DNA from: Callorhinchus milii
Taxonomy: Eukaryota
Assembly (NCBI RefSeq): GCF_018977255.1
Contig: NW_024704745.1
Span: 39,184,001-39,248,000, forward strand
DNA: 64,000 nt
Direction of reading: 5' to 3'
Position numbers and translations under genes: made by a program
In this document: one piece after another, positions 50,935 through 63,545 of the stretch
Layout: each line of letters begins with the position of its first letter
Position numbering within the stretch: the first letter of the stretch is position 1
Notes under the pieces: generated by a model
The model's database searches: none
Told to the model about the DNA's origin: nothing
Seen by the model: the letters and a program-made list of their open reading frames with translations, nothing else

Positions 50935-51352
50935 TCAGTCGGGCTCAGGTGGTAGGACTCTCACCTTTGGGTTAAAGAGTTGTGCATGCAGGCCCCACTC
51001 CCACACACTTGAACTTGTAATCTTATCCTAGATTGCTGCCGTGATACTGAGGGTTCTGTGTATTGGGATCCTTCAAATCAAATGTCAAACCAAGATCCTT
51101 TCCTCCTGTTTTGGTGGTTCACGTGGATACCATGGCACTATTTCAAGAAACAGTAACGAGTTCTTCCAGTATTCTGGCCAATATTTCTCCCTTGTACAAA
51201 TCAATTGCCCATTCATCTCATTGCTGTCTGGGGGATGTTATTGAGCCAGATAAGGTGTAGCATTTGCCTCAGTAAAGCAATCGCTATACTTCAAAGTAAT
51301 ATGCTTTATGTGAAGCAAGTTGAGGCATGGTAAGGAACCATGTCAATTCAAA
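50935..51352 (+). mobile_element. Old DeuSINE, full length, diverged
   Basis: GGCTCAGGTGGTAGGACTCTCACC head, GATACCATGGCACTATTTCAAGAA, degenerate tail. Confidence 0.75.
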
Positions 51353-51854
51353 TGTTAATAATTATTTCATTTATTGGCCTCTGTGTGTTTCCAACATTTT
51401 CTCATTTGATATTTATACAGTCTCCATCATGATTAATATGAGAGACTGAAACGTATCTGGGATTATATCCTAATCCTGCGCCCATGAGAATTATATTAAT
51501 TTGCGAGTCTTCCTATAAAAACTCAATAATTGAAAAGTTGGAGGAAAGATTTGCAATTAATTTAAAAAAGAGAAAAAAACTGCAAATGATCACTGTCCAA
51601 GATGTATTCACTCCTTTCCTTTTGTGACACCACTACAAGGTGCATTGGCTTCATTGGTGATAGTTTTCATTTTATTTCATTTTTCATAAATTTTCAGTCA
51701 TTCTGGGACAATATATTTTATTCTGTTATATTTGGAGTCTAAACAGAAATTCAGAAGACTACTTGGATTCATCACATACTGGATAAATATACAGTTAATA
51801 GACAGCAAGTTTCTGAATCTCACAAAATTATGCTCCTTTTTTAGAGTATTCATG

Positions 51855-51985
51855 GATTCACAAAGGCAGAACAGGAAAAGGCTAATTCACCCCACCATGT
51901 CTGTGCTGGTAATTGTTATACATAAACCACCAATCTAATCCCACTCTCCTGCTTGCTCTCCACATGCCTTCATACAATATTCCTC
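51855..51985 (-). mobile_element. Old CR1 3' remnant
   Basis: AAAAGGCTAATTCACCCCACCATGTCTGTGCTGG...CTAATCCCACTCTCCTGCT. Confidence 0.55.
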
Positions 51986-52145
51986 TTCTATCTAATTAAT
52001 CTATTTCATTGTTTTTTAAAGCAATGCATGTACCAAATAAATAATTGTCAGATCTCAATTACCACCTGACATCTTAACATCATCTGTTTTGTAGCAGAAA
52101 CTTAAATTAGACGTAGCTCAATAAATAAAGCATTGCCCTCACATA

Positions 52146-52649
52146 TGTTGGATATCAAGAAAGGTCACCCAGCATTCCATTTAGGTAAAATCTGTTGAGC
52201 CAAACTTTACTAGTTCCATAAAGTTACACCATGGAGGTATTGCAACAAAGCAGTACTACCGCGGGTCGAGACGTTCAGCAGCCGAGGTTCCAATCTGTCT
52301 TGTCTGGGTATTCACGCTTTTTGATCTTCCATCAAGTCTTCCCTCGTGCTCCTCCGATCTTTTCCTTCTTTTTTTCCTTCTTTGTTCTCCCTGTCTTTAT
52401 ACTCTCATCCCACTCCCTCTATACCTTCCTCCAATCTCTTATCAGTCGTTTACAACCCGTTATTAACATATCCAATCATATTTCCTTCAACCCTCTTTCT
52501 TTGGTCTGACTCCATATGTTCCATGACCTCTCACCCTTTATGACCCATTGTTAGTATGTTAATTCTGCACCCTTACGCTAACACATATTAATCTACCCCC
52601 TGTGCCTTTCCATTTTGTGGGGTCGGGATTTTAATCATTGTTCCCCACT
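52146..52649 (-). mobile_element. Possible solo LTR (ERV-like)
   Basis: Plus strand starts TGTTGG and ends TTCCCCAC; minus-strand TATAAA (~52396), AGTAAA (~52206) and a CpG-rich stretch between them; no clean TSD. Confidence 0.35.
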
Positions 52650-53493
52650 GTGTATGTCTCAATGGCTAGCAAGACCTAACAAATCTTTGCAATGTTAAAA
52701 GGTCATGGCACCCATTACCATGCTCCCAACTCTAGCATGAAGCAGGAAAGCTTGTTCAATATTAGAAATTAGTCCAAAATATATACAATCATTTACTTTT
52801 TGGAGCTGGTTAAACTAAATTTACACAGTGGGTTGTTTGAAAATGCATTGCTTTACCACAATTGCTTGTCCATGATTACATTTGAAAGGGAATTGGGTCA
52901 AAACATGAAGACAAATAATATTAAAGGAAAGACAGCACCAGTGGGGGGTGAGAGCTTGCACCAGCACAGGCCAAATAATCTCCTTCTGTGTTATAAACTT
53001 TCGATGATTCTACATAAAAATGTCATAGTCAGGTAATATGAATAGAATCTTTTGCACATTAGGTATCATAACAACAGGATACAGCTGGAAGCAGCAGTAA
53101 AAAGAATTGGACGTATCTCAGGAATCTAATCCAGATCAGGCACTATCAGGAACACCAAATACTTGAAGAACCTGGACTCGGATCCCACAAGCAAACCACA
53201 TAACGTTAACCATCAGATACAATGAGAAGTGAGGAATGAGCAAACATTCTGCATCCCATGCAAGATCATCTCTCTGAGTTGGAAGAAATTGTAAAAGAAA
53301 ACTCACTACTATATCATTTTGCCTATAATTTGGTAATAATGGTAGTTGGATCTCTATTTCACAAGCAGTTTGGGGATGTATATACAGGGAAGTATTTAGG
53401 TCTAAAATTTGTAAGCAGGAATTGGTAAGAAAGGTTCAAAAACAGAATATCAATTATTAAATGTGAATTCTGGTTTGCAATCATACCATTTGT

Positions 53494-53819
53494 GGAGTCC
53501 TGTAGCTCAGTGGTTAGAGCACTCGCTTTGCAAGTGAGAGACCTGAGTTCAATTCCAGTCAGGGCGAAACCTTGGGCAAGTTTCCTTACTCCACACGCCT
53601 AATAATAATCCCTCCAAAAAAACAAAAACAATAATTAAATTGGTCATTTTCAATCTACGACTGTTTGTGGGACATTGCTGTGCGCAATTGGCTGCCGCGT
53701 TCGCCCACAAATATACAGTCAATTCACTTTACAGTCTATTCTGTGAAGCGCTTTGGGACGTCCTCCCGACGTGAAAAGCGCTATATCAAATGCAAGGATT
53801 ATTATTATTATTATTATTA
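53494..53819 (+). mobile_element. Young composite tRNA SINE, short subfamily; best-preserved copy
   Basis: A box TAGCTCAGTGG, anticodon-like arm CTCGC-TTTGCAA-GTGAG (TGC, Ala), B box GAGTTCAATTC, CCTTGGGCAAGT, GCTGTGCGCAATTGGCTGCCGCGTT, stem-loop tail, (ATT)7. Confidence 0.97.
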
Positions 53820-53884
53820 CCAGGCGGTTTGCTTTTCAGCCCAGAAAAGGCCTGAAATATCTAACAATAGATCAGAAAGGTACA

Positions 53885-54160
53885 CACCAGCTATAAAATG
53901 GTGTCTTCAGGTGGATATTGAAAATCACATGACATTCATGACACTATTCAAAAAGAAGGGCGTTTCTGCAAGTGTCATGGTCCAACAACCCCCAGATAAA
54001 ATTGGTTATTCATTTTTATGGCTGTTTGTGGGCATTGCTGCGTGTATATTGGCAGCTGTATTCACCTACAAAATGTACTGCATGTTACAGTGAAGCTCTT
54101 TTAGATGACCTCTTGACATGAAACACGCAATATCAATTGCAAGGATTATTATTTGTTATT
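53885..54160 (+). mobile_element. Old DeuSINE, partial
   Basis: CAGGTGGATATTGAAAATCACATG..CATGACACTATTCAAAAAGA..CCCAGATAAAATTGGTTATTCA..tail. Confidence 0.75.
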
Positions 54161-54209
54161 ATGCTATCATTCACGATTTCAATTTTTTACACTCAGCTTA
54201 TTTGGAATT

Positions 54210-54330
54210 CTATAGAACCATAGAAACAAATAGCACAGAAGAAGGGCATTTGGTCCACTGCATCTGTACTGGCTCTTTCAAAAGCAATCCCTTCATCCCT
54301 ATTTACCTACCCTTTCCCCATACCCTTGTA
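54210..54330 (-). mobile_element. Old CR1 3' remnant
   Basis: CATAGAAACAAATAGCACAGAAGAAGGGCATTTGGTCC..CTGGCTCTTT. Confidence 0.6.
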
Positions 54331-56878
54331 GTTTACAATTTATGCAATTTCATTTGCAAACCAGAAGTCACAGCAATTTTTGGACCCCTTTATTAAGTTG
54401 GCCAATATTTATAAAATGCCATTGTACACAGATTCCCTGATTTGACTGTTAATATATCACCTAATTTTGTTTTATATAAAACATTAGATCCCTGTATTCA
54501 ATCCTGATCCTTTAGGATAAAACTACTGCAGACGCTAGGGTTAATCCGTTGATTTTGTGCTCAGGCAGCTGTAACTTCAGTGCAGGAAATCTTTCATAAT
54601 ACGCTGTGGTATTTACCATCTTTATGTCATTAAGCTCTGGATTTTGATCAACATTACTGATGATCAGCAAAAGCTAAGATAGCCTTTACCTAATTAATTT
54701 TATCATTCCTTCCGAAACAGCATTTTCTTTGCTCTCCAGATGAGAGCTATTACACTGCACCCATGGAAAAGTTTCTTCGTTTGAGAAGCCTGAGGGAAGG
54801 CACTAATCTTGTCTTTTTGAATACACATTGCTTTCCTTTCCCAGAGGCTACAAAACACCACAAAGAGAACTCTCGTTGGTCTTCCTTTTCTTTTTTTCCT
54901 CTTCTCTACACTTGGTTCTCATTTGGACAAAATGCTGGCAGGTCACAACATGAACTGCAAGACTTAACTCCTGCATTTCTGAATGAAAGGGAATTCAAAC
55001 TGATTTTGTTGACTTTGCTTAAATTCTCTTTGTTCTTATCCATCTTTTATCTAAATGGCAAAGAAAAAGACAAAGAAAAAAGGAAAAACAGAGGCCGTGA
55101 ATGCATAATCTACTGCTGAATATCACACTTTTTCTGATGTACTTAACCCATGAAATATTACACAATTGGGCCAAAGTGGAATGGAACAGGGGAAGGATTC
55201 TTATAAATGCAGCTAATGAAGGTCAGAGGTTGCAATCAGCTTGTTGGTGGTCCCAGGTTATGAATAGAAGAAGAAAAACATACAAATACCAGGTTAAAAC
55301 TACAAAGCAACAGTCATGTGGCTGCAAAGGCATTATTGTGGCTGAATGTGAGTTGTTTCAGATAATAGATAGCAAGAATCTGGTCTTTTGAAACACAGAA
55401 AATCCATGGGACACAAGTCACTATTGTTCTCAAGTTTTGTAGCTTTAACTGGCCTGGACGTAGATAGGTTTGAATTCAGAATGCTTTAAATTCTCTGCAC
55501 ACCATCAGTACATTTCAGCACTTTTATGTGTTCTGCATGTGTGACAGATCTGTGTTGTCTTCTTTTAATTTGCTAAAGTATAGGTGAACTTTGGATGGAG
55601 AAGTTAGCTCCTGGAACTGTAGTAACATCCTAAGGCTCCATAAGGAATATTTGGATGACAAATGGGGTGTGTAATGTATGATAATTGTTACATTATCCAA
55701 ATTTCTACTCCTCAAGAAATCCAGTGATAACTGTGGTGAGGATGCCCCCTCACCAGCACCGTTCCCTACTGACTTAATTTAAGTGGTTTCACTAACAATC
55801 GCTTGCTGCAGTGATTGAACTGGTCAGTGGTGCTTTTGAATCTGGCATTTCAATACCAGTTCAAGAAATATTGGCTGAAATGCTAGGATCTGCACAATGA
55901 CAGTAAAAAAAGTGGAGGAGCTAAATGCTCCGCAGTAACCAGCTTTTGACAAAACCATTTGAATGTAGTCAATGTAATAATTATCATATCAAAATTCTTA
56001 ATTGAAAAACACAGCACTTCCTGAGAGCCACAAATGTCAGGGGAAATAGCCATTTTTATTGAAGAGCCATCCTTAACAGCGGAAGAAGTATAAAAGCACT
56101 GTTTAAAACATCTTTTCCCAACACTGTAGCAATTTAAAAGTCAGGAGTTTCATTGAAAAGGGCTTTGTGCATGTTCCTTTGCTGCACTTGAACTGTGTAA
56201 ATTATTCTTGCCTCTTTGGTGAACGCAGCAAGTTCTTCTCGTTTCTAGTGCACATGTAGTTCAAAGGAATTAATAGAACAATGACTTTCATGTCTCCACA
56301 AATGAGTCATTGGCATTTAGGTCTGTTAAATCCTACCCATAGAATTACTAGCTGGGAAGAGAATAGTGACAAAGCAGAGGTGTATGTGTTAAATCTGGCA
56401 GTAAGGGAGAATCCAATGTAGCCATCAAAGATGTGCCACTCAGGGTCCAAATTTAGGACTGTGCTGTCAGTGGTGAAAAGATCTGAGGTACACCAGATAA
56501 ACTGGAAGATATTTAATAATGAACCGTGTTACCCTCAACATCATTATCCAGGAAAAGGGCATGTGCTTAGCTCATTGGATCACTGAAAATATCCATGTCA
56601 CTATGGACACTTGGAAGCATACACACTGATGTGCAGCTGACACATTGTATAATGCTGGGCAATTGTTTATTATCAGCAGAGAATATTGTTCAGTCAATCC
56701 ACTCAAGACAATGGCCAAAAGTCTCTTTTTCCAGTGCAGTTCCTGCTTATTCTCATTCAGAACTCCCAGTGGGTCTTCCTTAGGGACATAGCAAATTTGT
56801 TTGGCTGAGATGGTCTGTAATCTAGAATACCAGTAGTATATTATAGGTCTATGAAAAGAATACTGGAGATATATTTCT

Positions 56879-57127
56879 ATAATAATAATAATCCTTGCAT
56901 TTAATGTAGTGCTTTTCACGTCTTCTCGACGTCTCAAAGCGCTTCACAGAATAGACTGTAAAGTGTATTGACTGTATATTTGTGGGTGAAACGCGGCAGT
57001 CAATTGCACACAGCAGTGTCCCACAAACAGCCGTGGATTGAAAATTACCAATTTATTATTGTTTTGTTTTCGAGGGATTATTATTAGGCGTGTGGAATAA
57101 GGAAACTTGCCCAAAGTTTCGCCCTGC
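56879..57127 (-). mobile_element. Young composite SINE, short subfamily, lacking most of the tRNA head
   Basis: Runs from the tail to GGAAACTTGCCCAAAGTTTCGCCCTGC. Confidence 0.93.
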
Positions 57128-57961
57128 TAAAACACAAATCATGGTGAAATATTCGATTTTCATGTTTTTGAACATAAAGCTAATAGTCATTATGATAAAG
57201 AACAGTCACATATTAATCGGGTGGGATGCAATAGAAAGTATTACCTGCTTCAGCTACTCAGAGAAGTGATCGAAATGTATATACAAAGCGAAACATTGTG
57301 AACCTGAAGGTACAGCTATGTATCTGTCATTGATGCCTTCACTGTTGCTGTTGTCAAAGTCATAGGCCAATAGCTTGTTGATATCTTAAAGGCATGCATC
57401 TGTCAAAAGAATGAGACTGTTATGTACACAAGCTTTAATGGACTTTCAGTTAAAGTTGACTGCAGGGTTCCCTCTGGCCCTAACTAACCCAAGGGATGGG
57501 GGAGGACAGATAGGTCACACTTTACCTTCGTAATACCCTAGAAGGTATATCCTTCAACAGCATTATTATTTAGAATAGGTTTGTTTAGATGCTTTCTCAG
57601 CTGAATTGGTATGGGAAAATCATCCATTTGACCCCATTTGATCTTTTGGAGGAGACAACACGGGTCAACCGCTCTAGCATTGCATAATTTGCAATGAATT
57701 GAGCCTTAGGAAAGAATAAATCAAACATTGGTTTCAACCTAAAGACAATTGTTGGTGAGATATTCTGCCTCGGGACACACAAATGACACTGAGCCTGCAT
57801 TAATATTCAAAGCCTATAACGAGACCTGCTAACTTACTGCTTAGAAGTCAAAATTCATACACAATATCAAAACAATGTCTTCATTGCTAGAAACAGAGTA
57901 TATGTTTCAAACTTATCATTGGATGTTATATTTACTTTATTTACAATACTATGATAATAAA

Positions 57962-58055
57962 AAATAATAATCCCTGCATTTGATATAGATCACGTTGTCG
58001 AGAAATTTCAAAGCGCTTCACAGGATATACTGTAAAGTGGATTGACTGTGCATTT
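57962..58055 (-). mobile_element. SINE tail fragment
   Basis: AATAATAATCCCTGCATTTGATATAG..CAAAGCGCTTCACAGGATATACTGTAAAGTGGATTGACTG. Confidence 0.8.
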
Positions 58056-60029
58056 AGTGAAAAATATTTTTGAATTCAGCTTAAATCTGATTTGTATTTC
58101 GGATAATAATTTAGAACACTTCAAACATATTTAACTGATCTACTTGTTGCATTTTGATACAATGCTACAACTGAATGATGTGAATGTGATGTTACTCTGT
58201 GCCCCTCTGCTCCTGATTTCTCTTTGGATAAGTATCCTCAAAGAAAAAAAGGCATTAATTATGAAGGTATGGTCCCAATTAGTCAGGATATAAGCCTCTC
58301 TGATGTAGATATAACTTGGATCAAGCCTGGATTTTAATGTACCTTCAGATTTGCCCTATTTCAGTTAAACTTGTTTCAGATTTTAGATTGACTGCTCCAT
58401 CTACTATCATTGCATTTTCTGTAACGGGATTCCACGGTACATTTGATTCAAATGTATTTACATTCACTAATGGCTAGGTTCCTAAAACCTTGTTCACTGT
58501 GTCAAGATATAATCTGTCTGCCGTATCCCCTGTCTCCATCTACTTCCAGTACAGAACCCAGACCCCAGCTGCTTGCAATAAACAGCCACATTCACAATTC
58601 ACCATTCAACAAAAACAAGGATGTTTAGTAATGTTAGTTCCTTTCCTCTGAAAGCACAGAGTAAATGTAATTTTAATTGAGAAACTAACTCCCAGAAATG
58701 ATCTCCATTTCCACAAATACTGTGAATCTTAAGGAACTTATTTAGGTTTACACTTAAGAGGGAAGAATTTACAGACTCAGGAAATGCCAGCTTCCATTTC
58801 TATGTTTTGGAACAGCTTTTTCTAAATTTGCATCAAGCAGGTCAATTACACTTCCAGTTGTCGATGTTTCACAGAGCTAAGTCATTTGGAGATGATAAAT
58901 CATTTCAATTCCCAGCACACGGAAATCATGACGTTTACCTCATTCTCAGGTCATACTCAGAACATTGTTAATTTACTTTAATCAGCAATGAAGCGACCAG
59001 CATTCCCCCCACAAGCAGCTGCTTATTGTCCTCAAGGCTGTATGTATGTAGGTGCTGCTTGAGTGAGACTGGAGGACATATAGGAGAAATATTTGGCGTT
59101 TAGTGTGAACATTATGTCTTACGACAAAACATTTTCAACTTGTAAGCAGAAGAGCAACAGATGCACAATGAGGATTGCTGGACCATCGGCATCAACAACA
59201 ACAAATTCCATTTATATATGGCCTTTCAAGTTGGGAGGACACTCATGGCCTGCATAGTCGAGGGTAGTGTCTATGCCGTGGGATCTTTAATATAAAAGCA
59301 TCATTGGTGTGTTCTTTTAACAGCCTTCAGAGAAGAAAATTTCATCTTTCTGACGTGATTTAGACTGAAGCCTGGAAGTGAAATGATTTGTTCTGACATG
59401 CATATTATCACCAATTCTACCTACGTAAACTGATATTTGAAGATTCCAGTTCAAAATCACTCCCAAATAAGTGCAGATAATGGCTGGATGAACTGAGCAC
59501 ATGAAACTCATTTTAAATTGACAATCAATATCAAAATTGTAAACTTTTAAAGGCTACTTCACAAAATGTAATAACCTGTTGAGATAAAGGCTGTTTGCAA
59601 AGCTTAACATTACACATTCTGCTTCTTTCTAAGCACTAACTATATTTAGCCTTGAGTCTTATATGCAACTAGTTTTTCATCATTCTCAACTTCTGCCATT
59701 CCCCTGAGGTCCCTGAACTTCCACTCTGATGATAGGGCTTCTCCCAACCTGTGCTCATGAACCAGAAGATTTTGATCTGTTTTAACGTTTTAGGTAACAT
59801 TATACTATTATATTAAACTATTTTAATACAAACTGCTACAAACATCTTTACACACAATCCATAGTCAGAATCTGGGCCACAGAGATGGTGAATGACTTGC
59901 TTTGTATCGTCCAGATCAAGGTGACATGAGGTCAAGATTTATTTAACACAGGTGAACAAATTCCGAATTTTTAGCATGAGTTCCCTTCAGTTTTGCACTA
60001 TACTGTTGTGTCTTAATGGAGTCTAGCAA

Positions 60030-60325
60030 AGTCTAGGCTGACATTCTAATGCACTGTTGAGAGCACATTATTGTCAGAGGTGCCATGCTTTTTTTGAGAC
60101 AATAAATCAAAGACCTGCTTGCCTACTTAAAGATTCCATGACGCTATTTTAAAATGACAAGGGAATTTCTCTCACTGTCACCCAGATATAATTGGTTATT
60201 TGTAAGATGCTGCTGTGGGCTGCTGTGTTCACCTACGAGTACACAGTGACTACACTTCACAGAAAATTATGTTAAACGCTTTGAGACGTCCTTTCAACAC
60301 GAATTGAGAATTAATATTATTATAA
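60030..60325 (+). mobile_element. Old DeuSINE
   Basis: TCTAGGCTGACATTCTAATGCA..TTGTCAGAGGTGCCA..AAAGATTCCATGACGCTATTT..tail. Confidence 0.75.
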
Positions 60326-62186
60326 TTCATATCTTGTCCTCACTCATTTGAGGATGGTCATTTGCATTTATGGGGCAGAAAAGTGGATAAAATGACAAAG
60401 TTTATCTCAAGAGAGAGCATCCAGACAGATTGTATTCCTTGTAGTGCCAAGGGATAAACTGCACTGAAAACTCAGGTGCAGAGCTGCCTGTTATCTGTGG
60501 TGTTAAAGATCCAATATTCACTACAACACAAACAGTTCTGCCATTTTTATTTTAGTTCTACATGTCTTATATGAATTAAATTGCTCCGTACGAAATTGGA
60601 GCAATTGTAGAAAAAATCATTAATGGGCTGGCTCAGCTTCAATTCTTTTTTTCTTCACTCATGCAAGCTAATGCAATACAATCCCACCCCCATTGTGAGT
60701 AATCTTTGAACTCTTCCTGTTTAGATAAATCCTAACAGGGTGTTCAGTAAAGGTTCAAATGTTAAGTCACAGGACACAAATGGAGCTGAAAGGTTAACCA
60801 CTCTTTCCTGTTGGAAACAGACAAAAAGGTACAATGATAAAAAATGGTTTTATGTTGTCGTCTGTTATCACCAATATTTGGGGCCCAGGACTATGATGTC
60901 TTTATGCAGATAACCATCTTTCAGTGCTTTATTCTCAGTCTCTGCAAAAGAATGATGAGTTTTGTAACAAAGTACAATGTAGAAAGAAAACGTTCATTTC
61001 TTTAACAACTCATGCACTGTATATTCATCAGTATCAGTGCCTCCTCCCATCCACTTTCCCATAGTCTCCCACTCACTTTTTATCACCTTTTAAGGCTTTT
61101 TCTGTGCCACAAGTTCTTTCCCAGGCCTCTGCTTCCTGTATGAGGAAGAGACCAAATCTTGATGTTGTCTCCAGCCACAGATCCATGGAATGTGAACTGC
61201 TCTCCCATCACCTTTCTTTCAGTTCCCTTGGAACAGTGATGGTCATTTGCTGAAAACATGTGTTATTATCTGTTTCATTTCATTTCCTCCCTAAGGGAGT
61301 GAAGCATATGTGCCTCAATCGCAGGCTGAATGGGCCCCTACAGCTCTAGTACCTTTCATGTCCTCTTCTCACAACACCCCTCTGTCATTCTTTTCAGCAG
61401 GACACTTGACAAAGGATTTCCAGGTTAACATCACTGGCTGTCTTATCTTTTAAAACCCTCAGATGTGTGTAAACGCAAAGACAGGTGGTTAAAGATACTG
61501 TATATGTTTTCAAGATGCCAGGCCAGCAATGATAAGTGCAATGGAATGGCAGATGAAAGCTGCAAATTTCATGCCACTGAGCATAGCAGATCTGTCTGTT
61601 ACTATCTGCATGAGCATTTTTTATTTAACACAACAATAAAAGATAAAGAACAAGGGAGATTAGTGAATCAAGTACCATATTTAAAAATAAAGGAGCAATT
61701 TCTCATAATTTTCCAGTTAGGGCCAGATTGATAAAGATGTTCCTTTCTGATCTGTACACAACCCTGTTGTGTACTGAGTTTCATTCATGCATTTCATTTA
61801 TATCAAATTGTCATGAAGCAGTTTTACTTGCAACCAGGCTCAGCTTACTTCAACAAATGTTCCCACCAATGCTGTCGTCACTGAGCACAATATTGTGGGA
61901 TCAAACATTGGGACACATTTACCCTCAATTACACCATGCCTCACATGATGCACAAATGTTAGGTCGCTATCAAAAGCAGGCCAGGCCTGATACTTCTGTG
62001 GCCCTGAGGGTAGCTTAAGACAGTTAAAGCCATCTGTAAGCACTTTCAAGCAGTTGGAGGTATTTAGATGTCTTTGAAGTTGGGCCTTTCTCTACACTGC
62101 CAAGAGAAGCGTCATGTATAAGTGAACAGTTTCTGAAGTGTTTCAAGAGCTGACTCACCCTCATAGTCTCAGTCCCTATTTCTTTC

Positions 62187-62303
62187 ATAATAATAATAAT
62201 CCTGGCATTGATTTATCGACTTATCATGACATTAAGACGTCTCAAAGCCCTTCATGGAATATACCGCAAAATTAATTGACTGTTTATTTTGTGTGTGAAA
62301 CAC
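62187..62303 (-). mobile_element. SINE tail fragment
   Basis: (ATA)n TCCTGGCATT..GACGTCTCAAAGCCCTTCA. Confidence 0.75.
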
Positions 62304-62518
62304 TTCTTCACGTTTCTTTGGGACAAGGCTGAATACAATGCCTGATAAAGTTGCACCTCTATATAACTAGCCCAGACTTTGGCAACAAAAATACAAAATG
62401 TTCCATTTTTGGTGACTAGTCTTTTGCAAAGAATGCTGGTACTAGGTAGCTTAACAAATTAATTCTGGGCACCAAGAATCAAGTACTCCCAGGCACAATA
62501 TAGCATAATATATATAAC

Positions 62519-62680
62519 ATAATTCTTGCATTTGATATAGTGCTTATCTAGACGTCTCAAAGCGCTTCACACAATATACTGTAAAGTGAATTGACTGTAT
62601 ATGTGTGGGCGAAACCCGGCAGCCAATTGCGCACAGCAGTGTCTCACAAACAGTCGTGGTTTGAAGTGATCAATTTTGTC
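62519..62680 (-). mobile_element. Young SINE 3' half
   Basis: TCTTGCATTTGATATAG..GGCAGCCAATTGCGCACAGCAGTGTCTCACAAACAGTCGTGG. Confidence 0.9.
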
Positions 62681-62739
62681 ATTAGTGTTCATACATTTGG
62701 TATAGACAGTTACGATATTTAATGCCAGTTATGTTGTTA

Positions 62740-63160
62740 CTCTGGATCAGTTCACCTTGCTTCTCACCTCTGATTCAGGAGGTTGTTGATTCAAATCCCA
62801 CATCAGGATTTTGAGAGCTTATTCTAGGCTGACAGTCCAACTGTCAGTACTATCGCTCTTCGGATAAGATTTTAAACCAAGGTCTCATCTTCCTGTTCAG
62901 GTGAATGTTAAAAATCCCATGGCAAATATTCACAAAGAGGACAGAATTCCTCCCGGTGTCCTAGCAAACAATCCCCAGATAAAATTAGACATTCACTTTT
63001 TGTATGTCGATCATTGATATGCACATATTGGTTGCTGCTTTTGCCTACAAAACCCACAGTTCCTGCACTTTACAATAAAAATCCTCTGAAGCATTTTGAG
63101 ATGTTTCGTCAATGTGAAAAAGCACTACTGTATATCAGATACAGGGATTATTATTATTAT
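62740..63160 (+). mobile_element. Old DeuSINE, full length
   Basis: Head CTCACCTCTGATTCAGGAGGTTGTTGATTCAAATCCCAC, Deu body TTAAACCAAGGTCTCATCTTCCTGTTCAGGTGAATGTTAAAAATCCCATGGCA, (ATT)n tail. Confidence 0.85.
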
Positions 63161-63461
63161 ACATCAACCACTGACTTTTTACTTTTCCACATTATTCTAT
63201 CAAAATAAAATTGTATTATATTACGCAACCACATTAAGATGATAAATACTGGATTAAACAAATAGTGACTCTTGATAATAACTCTCTCCAATCTGTAGGA
63301 TTTCCACTCTGACCTAATCTACTTCCAAATGAATTGGAGCAAAATTGCCATGGTCAGCAAGACACTTAAGGATATATTACTTCTATATCAAAATAATGTC
63401 ATAAAGTGTCACTTATTTCTATATCAAAAATAGGAATCATATATATAATTTTATGTTGGCC

Positions 63462-63545
63462 ACAACAACAACAACAACTTGGATTTATATACCTGCCAGC
63501 CTCACGCAGGGTAGTATCTAGGAGAACTTAACAGTGGCAGAGCCT
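63462..63545 (-). mobile_element. L2 extreme 3' tail
   Basis: (ACA)n ACTTGGATTTATATA..CTCACGCAGGGTAG, similar to the tail at 20928-20975. Confidence 0.65.

Noticed and set aside
53494-53568. tRNA-Ala(TGC)-like gene (and similar heads at 5770-5842, 12544, 19268, 22801, 34983)
   Set aside because: It has A/B boxes and an anticodon arm but no proper acceptor stem, and it is always fused to the SINE body. These are SINE heads, not tRNA genes.
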